From a virus (Duplodnaviria; Caudoviricetes): a stretch of DNA of 57,486 bases. The translations under genes and the position numbers were made by a program. This document shows, piece by piece, positions 1 to 8,652 of the stretch. Under the pieces are notes generated by a model. That model ran no database searches, was not told the origin of the DNA, and worked only from the letters and a program-made list of their open reading frames with translations. Each line of letters begins with the position of its first letter. Position 1 is the first letter of the stretch. The stretch lies in IMG/VR virus record IMGVR_UViG_3300027704_000029, positions 1 through 57,486 of that record. The stretch is one strand, 5' to 3'.

Positions 1-83
1 AACTGTACTACCAACGTCTATACGGATATCCAGTGGACATAGTTCCTTATGATAAATTAAATTGCAATAAAAATAAATTAAAT

Positions 84-716
84 ATGAAAGTAAACGTAAC
101 AGAACAAACAACAACATTTCCTTGCCCGGTTAACAAGCTGAAAGGAAGACTTATGGATAACAAAGGTTTAACATGGGAAACAGAGCACGGCGTGTTCTTT
201 ATAAATGAATCATCTATCAATTGGATAATGGCTAATTTAAAGACCTCTATGTTTAACGATCAAAGATCGTATGTATATAACAAGGCATTCGCTAGGTTCT
301 ATGACAACCACGAAGGAGCAAACGAAAGAGACAGAGTAGTTACTTTGACTGGAGGTTTATCCCCAACAGGTGTTCAAGAGAGATCTTACAGCGAAGAGCC
401 TCAGTTCTCTAGAAGACCTAAGCAAAAATCTCAGTTTGATTTAATTAGAGACTGGGCTGATGAAAGAGGTCTATATGAAAATGGTGATCCTAAAACTCAG
501 GCTTTAAAATTAGTTGAAGAGGTTGGCGAAACCTGTAGAGCTATACTTAAGAATGACTTTGAAGAGACAGTTGACGGTATTGGTGACTGTGTAGTTGTAC
601 TGGTTAATCTATCTGAGCTAATGGGTGTAGATATTGAAACGTGTATCGCAGCTGCTTACGACGAGATCAAAGATAGAAAGGGTAAAATGGTTAATGGAAC
701 TTATAAAAAAGATTAA
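84..716 (+). CDS. mazG: MazG-like nucleotide pyrophosphohydrolase with N-terminal extension
   Basis: C-terminal QALKLVEEVGE...DGIGDCVVVLVNL...AYDEIKDRKG all-alpha NTP-PPase motif. ATG at 84 follows an A-rich leader; the frame is open to the window edge, so the start is uncertain. Confidence 0.8.
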   Translation: MKVNVTEQTTTFPCPVNKLKGRLMDNKGLTWETEHGVFFINESSINWIMANLKTSMFNDQRSYVYNKAFARFYDNHEGANERDRVVTLTGGLSPTGVQERSYSEEPQFSRRPKQKSQFDLIRDWADERGLYENGDPKTQALKLVEEVGETCRAILKNDFEETVDGIGDCVVVLVNLSELMGVDIETCIAAAYDEIKDRKGKMVNGTYKKD

Positions 717-717
717 T

Positions 718-1044
718 ATGAGTAGCAGAGAGATTATGGACGCAAGAGACGGTGTAACTACAAAGGTTATAAAGTTTAGAGATCCAGTAGTTGAGAATGT
801 TGTAGACAAGTTTGTTTCACGTTCTGATGTTGGTTATGCTAAATACGGTAGAACACTAGATACCGAACGTAGAGGTAAACATAAAGACTTAGCTGGATAT
901 CTTAATGATATACAAGAAGAGCTAATGGATGCGATACTCTACATACAAGCCGCACGCGAAGAGCTTGCTGAACGAGATGCTAAAACAAGAGCTTTTGCTC
1001 ACGATGTGCTAATGGATCATGGTGATGATGAAGAAGAGGATTAG
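718..1044 (+). CDS. Conserved phage protein, possible all-alpha NTP pyrophosphohydrolase-like
   Basis: RSDVGYAKYGRTL...IQEELMDAILY with an EExxD motif. ATG at 718 directly follows the upstream stop. Confidence 0.55.
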   Translation: MSSREIMDARDGVTTKVIKFRDPVVENVVDKFVSRSDVGYAKYGRTLDTERRGKHKDLAGYLNDIQEELMDAILYIQAAREELAERDAKTRAFAHDVLMDHGDDEEED

Positions 1045-1480
1045 TCGAAATAGAGGTCCTGTCAGAGCTAAGAAGGTTAGCTTTGACGGGATTAACTTCG
1101 CCTCTGGTCTTGAAAAGTATATGTATATAGCATTACAAAAAGCTAAAATCAAGGCTGATTATGAAGGTAAAACATACGAGCTTCAAGAAGGTTTTATGTT
1201 TGATACTGATTCATACGAGAGGCAAGGCAACGGTAAAGGTGATATGGTTAATAGAGGTAGAAAGAAAATACTGAACATTAAGTACACACCCGATTTCGTA
1301 GCTGATTCGTTTATCATAGAGTGCAAGGGAAGAGCTAATGAAAGTTTCCCAATTCGTTGGAAAATGTTCAAGAAACATGTAAAAGAGCGTATTCCGCATG
1401 TAACTTTATATAAACCACAGAATCAGAAAGACTGCGACAAAGTAATTGAATTAATAATAAAACAACAAAACAACAAATGA
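1019..1480 (+). CDS. T7 endonuclease I-like Holliday junction resolvase (PD-(D/E)xK)
   Basis: FASGLE...YTPDF...IIECKG motifs; start may be 1025 or 1028. Confidence 0.8.
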   Translation: MVMMKKRISRNRGPVRAKKVSFDGINFASGLEKYMYIALQKAKIKADYEGKTYELQEGFMFDTDSYERQGNGKGDMVNRGRKKILNIKYTPDFVADSFIIECKGRANESFPIRWKMFKKHVKERIPHVTLYKPQNQKDCDKVIELIIKQQNNK

Positions 1481-1620
1481 AAAACGATGATTGGGAAATA
1501 AGTGTTGGTGTTTATTCTGGTCTTCTATTAGGTTTTAGAACTTATGAAGAGCAGTTTAAAACAAACCATGTCTTATACATCCCGTTTGTAGACGTTTGCT
1601 TAACAATATGGAAGAAATGA
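1477..1620 (+). CDS. Small hypothetical protein (47 aa, MKNDDWEISVG...HVLYIPFVDVCLTIWKK), not in ORF track
   Basis: ATGA overlaps with both the upstream stop and the downstream nrdJ start (translational coupling). Confidence 0.7.
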   Translation: MKNDDWEISVGVYSGLLLGFRTYEEQFKTNHVLYIPFVDVCLTIWKK

Positions 1621-3488
1621 TAGATACAAACAATAAAATACTATCGGACATAACAGTACACATGAAGTATGCAAAATATGTTCCGGAGTTAAACAGAAGA
1701 GAGACTTGGGAAGAACTAGTTACTCGAAACAAAGAGATGCACCAAAAGAGGTATCCTGATTTATATAATGAAATAGAAGAAAACTACAGATATGTCTATA
1801 AGAAAAAAGTTTTACCAAGTATGCGAAGTCTTCAGTTCAGCGGTAAACCGATTGAGATCTCGCCGAATAGATTATACAATTGTAGCTACTTACCTATCGA
1901 TCACGTTGATAGCTTTAGTGAGTGTATGTTCCTTTTGTTATCTGGTTGCGGTGTTGGTTACAGCGTTCAAAAGCATCATATAGAAAAACTACCACACATC
2001 ACAAAGCCTTTCGACATGAGAACTAGAAGGTTTGTTATTGGTGATAGCATTGAAGGTTGGTCAGATGCAATAAAAGTCTTAATCAAGTCTTATTTAGGTC
2101 TTAAGAGATCATCTAAGATAAAGTTTGATTATTCTGATATTAGACCAAAGGGAGCAAGACTTGTGACCTCTGGAGGAAAAGCACCGGGACCACAACCTCT
2201 AAAAGAATGTTTATTAAAAATTAAAGGAATACTAGATGCCAAACAAGACGGATCCAAACTTGAAACACTCGAAGTACATGATATTGTGTGCCATATTGCT
2301 GATGCCGTTCTTGCCGGTGGTATCCGCCGTGCTGCTCTCATATCTTTATTTTCAGCTTATGATGAAGAGATGATATCATGTAAGTCAGGTGATTGGTGGG
2401 AAAAGAATCCACAACGTGGAAGAGCCAATAATTCAGCTGTACTTATAAGACACAAGATTACTAAAGAGTTCTTTATGAGTCTATGGAAACGTATTGAGCT
2501 ATCTGGTTCTGGTGAACCTGGCATATACTTAAACAATGACAAAGACTGGGGAACTAATCCTTGTTGTGAAATAGCACTGAGACCATTTCAATTCTGTAAC
2601 CTATGTGAGGTTAATGTATCTAACATAGTTGATCAAAAGGATTTTAATGCTAGAGTTAAAGCAGCAGCATTCATAGGAACACTACAAGCTGGATATACTG
2701 AATTTCATTACTTAAGAGAAATATGGCAAGAAACAACAGAACGCGACGCTCTTATCGGTGTGTCCATGACAGGAATCGGGAGTGCCGTTGTGCTCCAAAT
2801 GGATATGAAGGAAGGTGCAAATATCGTAAAACAAGAGAATGCGAGGGTTTCAAAGTTAATAGGTATAAACAAAGCCGCGCGTACGACGTGCGTAAAACCT
2901 GCAGGGACGACATCTCTCGTGCTTGGAACATCATCAGGTATTCATGCATGGCATAACGATTATTACATCCGTAGATTGCGTGTTGGGAAAAACGAAGCTA
3001 TATACAAATACCTAGTTAAAAACCACCCTGAACTTGTTAAAGACGAATATTTCAGACCACACGATACTGCTGTGATCGAGATACCACAATCATCACCAAA
3101 AGGTTCTATATTAAGAACTGAATCTGCATTTGATTTGTTGAAACGTGTTAAGCACGTAGCTACTGATTGGGTTGCGACTGGTCATGAGACTGGATCGAAC
3201 ACTCACAATGTATCTGCAACAATAAGTCTGAAACCAGATGAATGGGATAAGGCTGGTAAATGGATGTGGGATAATAGAACATCTTATAACGGTCTATCAG
3301 TATTACCTTATGATGGTGGATCATATACTCAAGCTCCTTTTGAAGATATAACTAAAAAGAAGTTTGATGAATTAATCAAACACTTACAAGATATAGATTT
3401 AACTCTTATAAGTGAAGAATCAGACGAAACAGATCTATCAGGCGAATTGGCTTGTGCCGGTGGATCTTGCGAAGTAACAAGCCTTTAA
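1617..3488 (+). CDS. nrdJ: Class II (adenosylcobalamin-dependent) ribonucleoside-triphosphate reductase
   Basis: TNPCCEI, CNL and TTCVKPAGT motifs, C-terminal CAGGSC; no beta-subunit gene adjacent. ATG at 1617 overlaps the upstream TGA. Confidence 0.92.
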   Translation: MIDTNNKILSDITVHMKYAKYVPELNRRETWEELVTRNKEMHQKRYPDLYNEIEENYRYVYKKKVLPSMRSLQFSGKPIEISPNRLYNCSYLPIDHVDSFSECMFLLLSGCGVGYSVQKHHIEKLPHITKPFDMRTRRFVIGDSIEGWSDAIKVLIKSYLGLKRSSKIKFDYSDIRPKGARLVTSGGKAPGPQPLKECLLKIKGILDAKQDGSKLETLEVHDIVCHIADAVLAGGIRRAALISLFSAYDEEMISCKSGDWWEKNPQRGRANNSAVLIRHKITKEFFMSLWKRIELSGSGEPGIYLNNDKDWGTNPCCEIALRPFQFCNLCEVNVSNIVDQKDFNARVKAAAFIGTLQAGYTEFHYLREIWQETTERDALIGVSMTGIGSAVVLQMDMKEGANIVKQENARVSKLIGINKAARTTCVKPAGTTSLVLGTSSGIHAWHNDYYIRRLRVGKNEAIYKYLVKNHPELVKDEYFRPHDTAVIEIPQSSPKGSILRTESAFDLLKRVKHVATDWVATGHETGSNTHNVSATISLKPDEWDKAGKWMWDNRTSYNGLSVLPYDGGSYTQAPFEDITKKKFDELIKHLQDIDLTLISEESDETDLSGELACAGGSCEVTSL

Positions 3489-3502
3489 TTAAATTAAATA
3501 TT

Positions 3503-3691
3503 ATGAATAAAGTAGTCAATGCTTTCGATGAATTACAAAATGTAATTAACGATTGCCAATCAGATGTAACTAAATTTGCTGAAGGTAACTCCTCAGCGGG
3601 AACTAGAGTAAGAAAAGTGATGCAGGAAATAAAGTCCTTAGCTCAAGGTATTAGAGTTGAAGTACAGGATCAAAAGAACTCATCATTCTAA
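3503..3691 (+). CDS. Hc1/histone H1-like small DNA-binding protein (Bacteroidota type)
   Basis: KFAEGNSSAGTRVRKVMQEIKSLAQGIR motif; ATG at 3503 after AATTAAATTAAAT. Confidence 0.7.
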   Translation: MNKVVNAFDELQNVINDCQSDVTKFAEGNSSAGTRVRKVMQEIKSLAQGIRVEVQDQKNSSF

Positions 3692-3714
3692 AATTTGTTT
3701 TGTTTTGTTAAATG

Positions 3715-3752
3715 AAAAAAGGGATAGCCAATTACGGTTATCCCTTTTTTTT
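3715..3752. terminator. Bidirectional intrinsic terminator between convergent arms
   Basis: A6-GGGATAGCC-AATTAC-GGTTATCCC-T8. Confidence 0.9.
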
Positions 3753-3810
3753 ATATCTAATTGAATATAGTCTCAATGATTTTAGTCAAATTATATTCAT
3801 TTGAATATAG

Positions 3811-4266
3811 TTATATAACCATGTATTTAGTTTTACCTCCCTCTTTGTATGCTTTTAAGCATCGATTCCTATTGTCAATTTCGTTCACGTAACTAATATG
3901 TACCCAGTTAGGATTATTGTCATCACCGAACTCCCAGATCATTTGATCAAAGTTTAAGTTTTCTTTAATCCACTCATACATCTCAGCATTAGTCTTCTTA
4001 CAACCTCCATCATCTATATCCATTGCTTGACCTTTACAGTGTTGAGATGTAGTTGATCCTCCAATAGCTTTGTTCAAAGCTTTTCCCCTATAAAAACTAT
4101 TAATTCTTATTGGTCCACCAACCCAAGCTCTTAGCGGTTCAAATATCTGCTCTGCAACTTCCTTCATGTTAGCTAACTCAAATTGACTTGGCTTATTCTC
4201 TAAACCTCTTCTTGTTGCTGTTATACTAAATATTCCTTCTTTGTCGCTTATATGTTTACTTATCAT
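3811..4266 (-). CDS. Endolysin, peptidase M15 family
   Basis: SFYR..LNKAIGG..SQHCKGQAMD...WVHISY zinc-binding M15 motifs. Confidence 0.85.
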   Translation of the reverse strand: MISKHISDKEGIFSITATRRGLENKPSQFELANMKEVAEQIFEPLRAWVGGPIRINSFYRGKALNKAIGGSTTSQHCKGQAMDIDDGGCKKTNAEMYEWIKENLNFDQMIWEFGDDNNPNWVHISYVNEIDNRNRCLKAYKEGGKTKYMVI

Positions 4267-6637
4267 GTCTTAAATACTTTTCTGTTGTACCGTCATTATA
4301 TATATAAATCAAAACTCCTTTTTGATTCTTCATTGCTGGTCTTCCTAACACATCTGTTATGCTTATTAATTTTCTTTCTGATACTCTCTTAGGTAAAGGA
4401 CCAATCCAAGTACCTCCACAGTAATCGTAAGTAGCTTGACATATATCATCCCACTCATTCTCACAACAATAACTATCTACGTCTATAACCCAAGCATAGC
4501 AAGGATCATTTAACCAGTAAGGAATACTATCGCCAGTAGCACAACCTGCGCTGTAACGACAAGATAAAGAATCGTTAGTATTAGCATTTCCGTCATAGTT
4601 ATACGCCGTGATATCCATGCAACCCATAACGATAGTGATACACGAACCGTTATCCGTGTTAGCAAGTGAATCGAAGTTAAGAGCCAAACTATCCATACAC
4701 CCATAAACATAAGCAATACAACTAAAGTCCTCCGTATTTGCTGATGGGGAATAGTTAAGAGCAGAAGGGTCCGTGCAACCATATATAAAAGCAACACAAG
4801 AAGAGTTATCGGCATTTGCAAGTGGGTTATAATTAAATGCTGTACTATCTGTACAACCATAAACAAAAGCTATACAACTTCCGTTGTCACTATTTGCCAA
4901 TGGGTTAAAGTTGAAGGCCGTAGCATCCATGCACCCGTAGATTACAGCAACACAACTACCATCGTCCACGTTAGCTAGTGGTTGATAGTTAAATGCTAGT
5001 GGATCTGTACAACCTAATACTATAGTTAAACAACTACCATCGTCTACATTAGCAAGTGAATCATAGTTTAGAGCTGTTGAGTTAGTACATCCGAAGACCA
5101 TAGCTATACAAGTATCTGTAGTATTAGCTATTGGATTGTAGTTGAAAGCTAGTGGTTGCATACAACCTAAGACAACCGGTAAACATCCACCGTTATCAAC
5201 ATTAGCTGTAGCATCGTAATTAAACGCTGTTAAGTCTGTACATCCAAAAATAGCTGTATTAATACAACTATCCTGAATGTGTAAATCCGTATAGTAACCA
5301 AACGTAGTATCTACGTGGTATTCTAAGTATGCTGGGAACGAGCAACCTGGGTAGTAGTAACAAGTTGCATTTGTATTTGCTGAAGCAATATAGTTAACAG
5401 CTAATGAATCCATGCAACCAATAACTATTGGATCACATGAGTTACCACAGTTAGTCGTGCCAACTAAGATACCAGATGGCTGAACATAACCGAAGGTTAA
5501 GTCAAACATTACAAATCCGTCAGGACCAGTTAAAGACCAACCACACTCAGTAGCTGTTCCATCAGTTTGTGGTAAGAACTCCACTGTAACCTCAACAACG
5601 GCTGGTGATTGTAACCATACGTATTGTGTGTCTGTAAATCCTGATGCTAGAGTAAATGTATCTAGTTCGTTTATTATTAAATCTGTACCAACCCAACCGT
5701 TACCGATAAGATCGTTCATCACTAACATGTATAAGCAACTATCTATAAAATCACTGCTGTTCGCTAGCGGATCATAATTAAACATGGTTGTATCAGTACA
5801 ACCGAATATCTTTAAGGTAGCACAATAAGTGCTATCACTTGCTGTAGCGGATGGATCAAACTCTAAGTAGTCGTAATCCATACAGCCATATACTAGAGGA
5901 GGTGGAATACAAGTATCAGATGTGAATGCGTGAGTGGAATCTAACCCAAAGTTAGCTACGTCTCCGTAAACTAAGGTATCTCCACATTGCACCACGTAGT
6001 ACGACCCATCTTGTCCTCCCCATAAACTACCACTCAAACCATCTCCATACATATCATATATAGTAAATGTCAAATCACCCTCGAGTAAGCAATTGTTTAT
6101 TATTTGTGGTTGGTAGTTAGGTACGTTTCCGTAAGGTCCACCGCTTAAAACGGTTGCACCTGTTGAATCTTTTATATCCCATGATGTTTCACTTGGGTAT
6201 TGATCTAAATTTATTATTACAGTTGTCGGTACACACTGGCTTGGTGGACCAGGTGGAGGTGGTGGTGGACAAGGCAATATAGTTATAGTAGTATCTCTCT
6301 GGAAGAAAGAACCTAAAACTGGGTCCCAATTTATTATGTCTCCTTGACAGTCATTACCCATTTTAAATGAAGCTGGATTAGTTGAAACCCATCCATCACC
6401 AAAGCTATCCATAATTGTTAATGTGTAGCTTCCACTAAATACAGGTAGTATTGTGTCTAGGTACTCATACTGTATTGTCGGCTGAAAGAATATAGAAGTA
6501 TCCCCATAAGCGTCTGAAATCATAAAAAAATTAGACTCAGAAGGTGCATAGAAATCAAATTGAACTTGAAATCTAACCCATGAGTCTTGAGCTAATAAGC
6601 TTAGTGGTAATAAAAATATAAATAATAGTTTTTTCAT
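4256..6637 (-). CDS. Secreted Cys-repeat protein with signal peptide and T9SS-like C-terminal tail
   Basis: MKKLLFIFLLPLSLLAQ signal; three D..G[DN]G[WL] domains; about 13 GC[MT]D..A.NY...AN.DDGSC repeats; C-terminus KLISITDVLGR...IYIYNDGTTEK. Confidence 0.7.
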   Translation of the reverse strand: MKKLLFIFLLPLSLLAQDSWVRFQVQFDFYAPSESNFFMISDAYGDTSIFFQPTIQYEYLDTILPVFSGSYTLTIMDSFGDGWVSTNPASFKMGNDCQGDIINWDPVLGSFFQRDTTITILPCPPPPPPGPPSQCVPTTVIINLDQYPSETSWDIKDSTGATVLSGGPYGNVPNYQPQIINNCLLEGDLTFTIYDMYGDGLSGSLWGGQDGSYYVVQCGDTLVYGDVANFGLDSTHAFTSDTCIPPPLVYGCMDYDYLEFDPSATASDSTYCATLKIFGCTDTTMFNYDPLANSSDFIDSCLYMLVMNDLIGNGWVGTDLIINELDTFTLASGFTDTQYVWLQSPAVVEVTVEFLPQTDGTATECGWSLTGPDGFVMFDLTFGYVQPSGILVGTTNCGNSCDPIVIGCMDSLAVNYIASANTNATCYYYPGCSFPAYLEYHVDTTFGYYTDLHIQDSCINTAIFGCTDLTAFNYDATANVDNGGCLPVVLGCMQPLAFNYNPIANTTDTCIAMVFGCTNSTALNYDSLANVDDGSCLTIVLGCTDPLAFNYQPLANVDDGSCVAVIYGCMDATAFNFNPLANSDNGSCIAFVYGCTDSTAFNYNPLANADNSSCVAFIYGCTDPSALNYSPSANTEDFSCIAYVYGCMDSLALNFDSLANTDNGSCITIVMGCMDITAYNYDGNANTNDSLSCRYSAGCATGDSIPYWLNDPCYAWVIDVDSYCCENEWDDICQATYDYCGGTWIGPLPKRVSERKLISITDVLGRPAMKNQKGVLIYIYNDGTTEKYLRHDK
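4559..5248 (-). repeat. Nine tandem ~26-aa GC(T/M)D-A-NY-AN-DGSC coding repeats
   Basis: Seen directly in the translation, about 78 nt period, degenerate at nucleotide level. Confidence 0.9.
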
Positions 6638-6933
6638 TATGATTTTTTATGTTTTGCGCAGAAAGCAGAAGCAGCTCCAACGCTGCCAAACCCCCACTTC
6701 TTTAAAGCTATAGCTTTTTTAGTATCTCTACCTTTTGAATCTTTCATTGGACCTTTCATACCAGCAAACCTACAAGCAAAGCTTACTCTTCTAGGATCTA
6801 CTCCTGAAGTAAGTCTATTACCTAAAGTTTTACCCGTTTCACTTTTATGCTCCTTACGCATTTTGGCGTTTTGTTTTTCGTAGCTTGCGTTTGTTATTTT
6901 AAGTGGCCCTACATTCCTATTAGTATATGTCAT
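6637..6933 (-). CDS. Basic conserved phage protein
   Basis: RRVSFACRFAGMKGPMK...ALKKW motif typical of small basic phage late proteins. Confidence 0.65.
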   Translation of the reverse strand: MTYTNRNVGPLKITNASYEKQNAKMRKEHKSETGKTLGNRLTSGVDPRRVSFACRFAGMKGPMKDSKGRDTKKAIALKKWGFGSVGAASAFCAKHKKS

Positions 6934-6934
6934 T

Positions 6935-7297
6935 TTAAAAATCGCTCATTAATAACTCATCTATAATTGCCTGCATGTCTTTCCTTGTGGCTTTCATGCT
7001 AAATGATATATCAGCTTGAAACCTCTTCACTTCTTCTCCATCTTTAAATATAACAACTGTTGGTACAACAACTATCTCGTGCTTAGCTTGTAACTTAGGT
7101 GCTACTGCTATGTCTACATAAACAATATCACAGTCAGTTAACTTTCCAATGTAGTCTACTTTATTAGGATCATTCCAAGCGGCATTAAAGTGAGTAACAA
7201 CAATCTGAGCATTCGCTTTGGCACTGAATACACATACAAATAACAACACTAATAAGTATATACCTAATATCTTCCAGGAAATATCTAATTTTTTCAT
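6935..7297 (-). CDS. Exported thioredoxin-fold protein lacking CxxC
   Basis: Signal/TM N-terminus; VTHFNAAWN in place of WCxxC; cis-Pro loop VVPTVVIFKDGEEVKRF. Confidence 0.7.
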   Translation of the reverse strand: MKKLDISWKILGIYLLVLLFVCVFSAKANAQIVVTHFNAAWNDPNKVDYIGKLTDCDIVYVDIAVAPKLQAKHEIVVVPTVVIFKDGEEVKRFQADISFSMKATRKDMQAIIDELLMSDF

Positions 7298-7302
7298 TTA
7301 AT

Positions 7303-7587
7303 TTATCTTAATTTATCGATCTTATCCTCCATCCGTCTTAAGTTAATTTTCAATTCTTCAACAGCTTTCTCTGTGTTCTCTATAGATAGCCTAATATTCT
7401 TGTCTTTCATATCAAATTCCATCCTGCTAACACTAGGAGGTATTGGAGCTGGTAACGTCTTTGCTTCGGCTATATCAGCTTGTAGAGCAAACCACATACC
7501 TATAATAGTTGCCATACCAAATCCTATAGCCATTAACGTTTTAATACTTACATTGAAACCAGTATTCTCATTCAATTCTTTCCCCAT
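7303..7587 (-). CDS. Single-TM protein with C-terminal coiled coil
   Basis: TLMAIGFGMATIIGMWFAL hydrophobic helix, Pro linker, heptad-rich C-terminus. Confidence 0.65.
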   Translation of the reverse strand: MGKELNENTGFNVSIKTLMAIGFGMATIIGMWFALQADIAEAKTLPAPIPPSVSRMEFDMKDKNIRLSIENTEKAVEELKINLRRMEDKIDKLR

Positions 7588-8618
7588 TATCTTATTATGT
7601 AATTAACTCCTAATTTAAAATCGTACCATTGTCTGTTCCAGTATTTACTATATTTACCTTCGGTAAACAAACCTAATCTTTTATTGATCTTAGTTCCAAA
7701 TATCAAACCACCAGAATAATCCAACCACTGATTGCCTTCATATTTATGATAAGAATACTCACTGCCGTCATCATAGTGATAAGGCATTAAGTTACCCCAA
7801 GCGTGAGTCCAAAAAGTTTTAGTGTAATGGTAGTAGTCAAACCCTACTACAATAGAGTGTTGTATAGCTAAATCTAGCTCACCTCTTTTTCTTTCAGAGT
7901 AGTCAGATAAAACTTCTGGTATAACGATTAAATCCCAAACCTCAGCGCTGTTAGCTACTATGTTTCCATTAGGATCGTAATATAATTGATGCCAAACATC
8001 AACGTTATATCCTTCTTGTAACGCTAGGTAAGTGTAATGTATATCTCCATTGTCTAGCTTCCATTTATCTAAAGGATCATAACCATAAGGCTCTGATAGT
8101 CTCTGAGCAAATCCAGCATTAAAAGATAACTTGTTATTTACTTTGTATCTGTATCTCTCTGAAACCTCCAAGTATTTTATATCAGCAAAACCATCTTCTA
8201 GGTATTCTCCTTTAACGATGTATAGATCTTGTACATATCTAATGAAGTGATGCTGATCGATATATTCGTTACCTTGCTGCCTAGTGTAATCGATCTCAAA
8301 TAGAAATTCGAGTCCTTTAGCTTTTCCAACACTAGCTCCGTCCGACCAAGAATCTTCCGTACCATCATAAAATGTATTTGCTCTATTCTCGTATCCAAAC
8401 CTAGCTATCTTACGTACGCCAAAGGCTATATTGTAATCAAAAGGTGTTTTTACGGTAGATGTTTGTAGTCCGTTAGTAACTGAGAATGTCTCGACATCAG
8501 ATATAGAAGTACCTCCACTTGCAGCTCCATAAAAGGTTGCAAACTTAAAGTATTTCTTAAAATCCTGAGCTTGAGCTATATTCGTAACAAAAACCAGTAG
8601 TATTAATAATTTCTTCAT
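7587..8618 (-). CDS. Putative outer-membrane beta-barrel protein
   Basis: Signal peptide ending AQA-Q; aromatic-rich alternating strands; C-terminal YDFKLGVNYIIR resembling a beta-signal. Confidence 0.6.
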   Translation of the reverse strand: MKKLLILLVFVTNIAQAQDFKKYFKFATFYGAASGGTSISDVETFSVTNGLQTSTVKTPFDYNIAFGVRKIARFGYENRANTFYDGTEDSWSDGASVGKAKGLEFLFEIDYTRQQGNEYIDQHHFIRYVQDLYIVKGEYLEDGFADIKYLEVSERYRYKVNNKLSFNAGFAQRLSEPYGYDPLDKWKLDNGDIHYTYLALQEGYNVDVWHQLYYDPNGNIVANSAEVWDLIVIPEVLSDYSERKRGELDLAIQHSIVVGFDYYHYTKTFWTHAWGNLMPYHYDDGSEYSYHKYEGNQWLDYSGGLIFGTKINKRLGLFTEGKYSKYWNRQWYDFKLGVNYIIR

Positions 8619-8627
8619 ATCTTTAAA

Positions 8628-8652
8628 ATCACTTGTAAATTAAGTATTTTAC
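8628..8652 (-). promoter_or_regulatory. Putative late promoter GTAAA-N15-GTGAT
   Basis: One of four matching motifs upstream of minus-strand genes; 9 nt before the ATG at 8618. Confidence 0.6.

Noticed and set aside
6637-6933. Member of the MAFKMKG leader family (VGPLK; internal MKGPMK)
   Set aside because: Lacks the N-terminal [FY]KM, and MKGPMK lies within the protein's own conserved motif; too weak to count.
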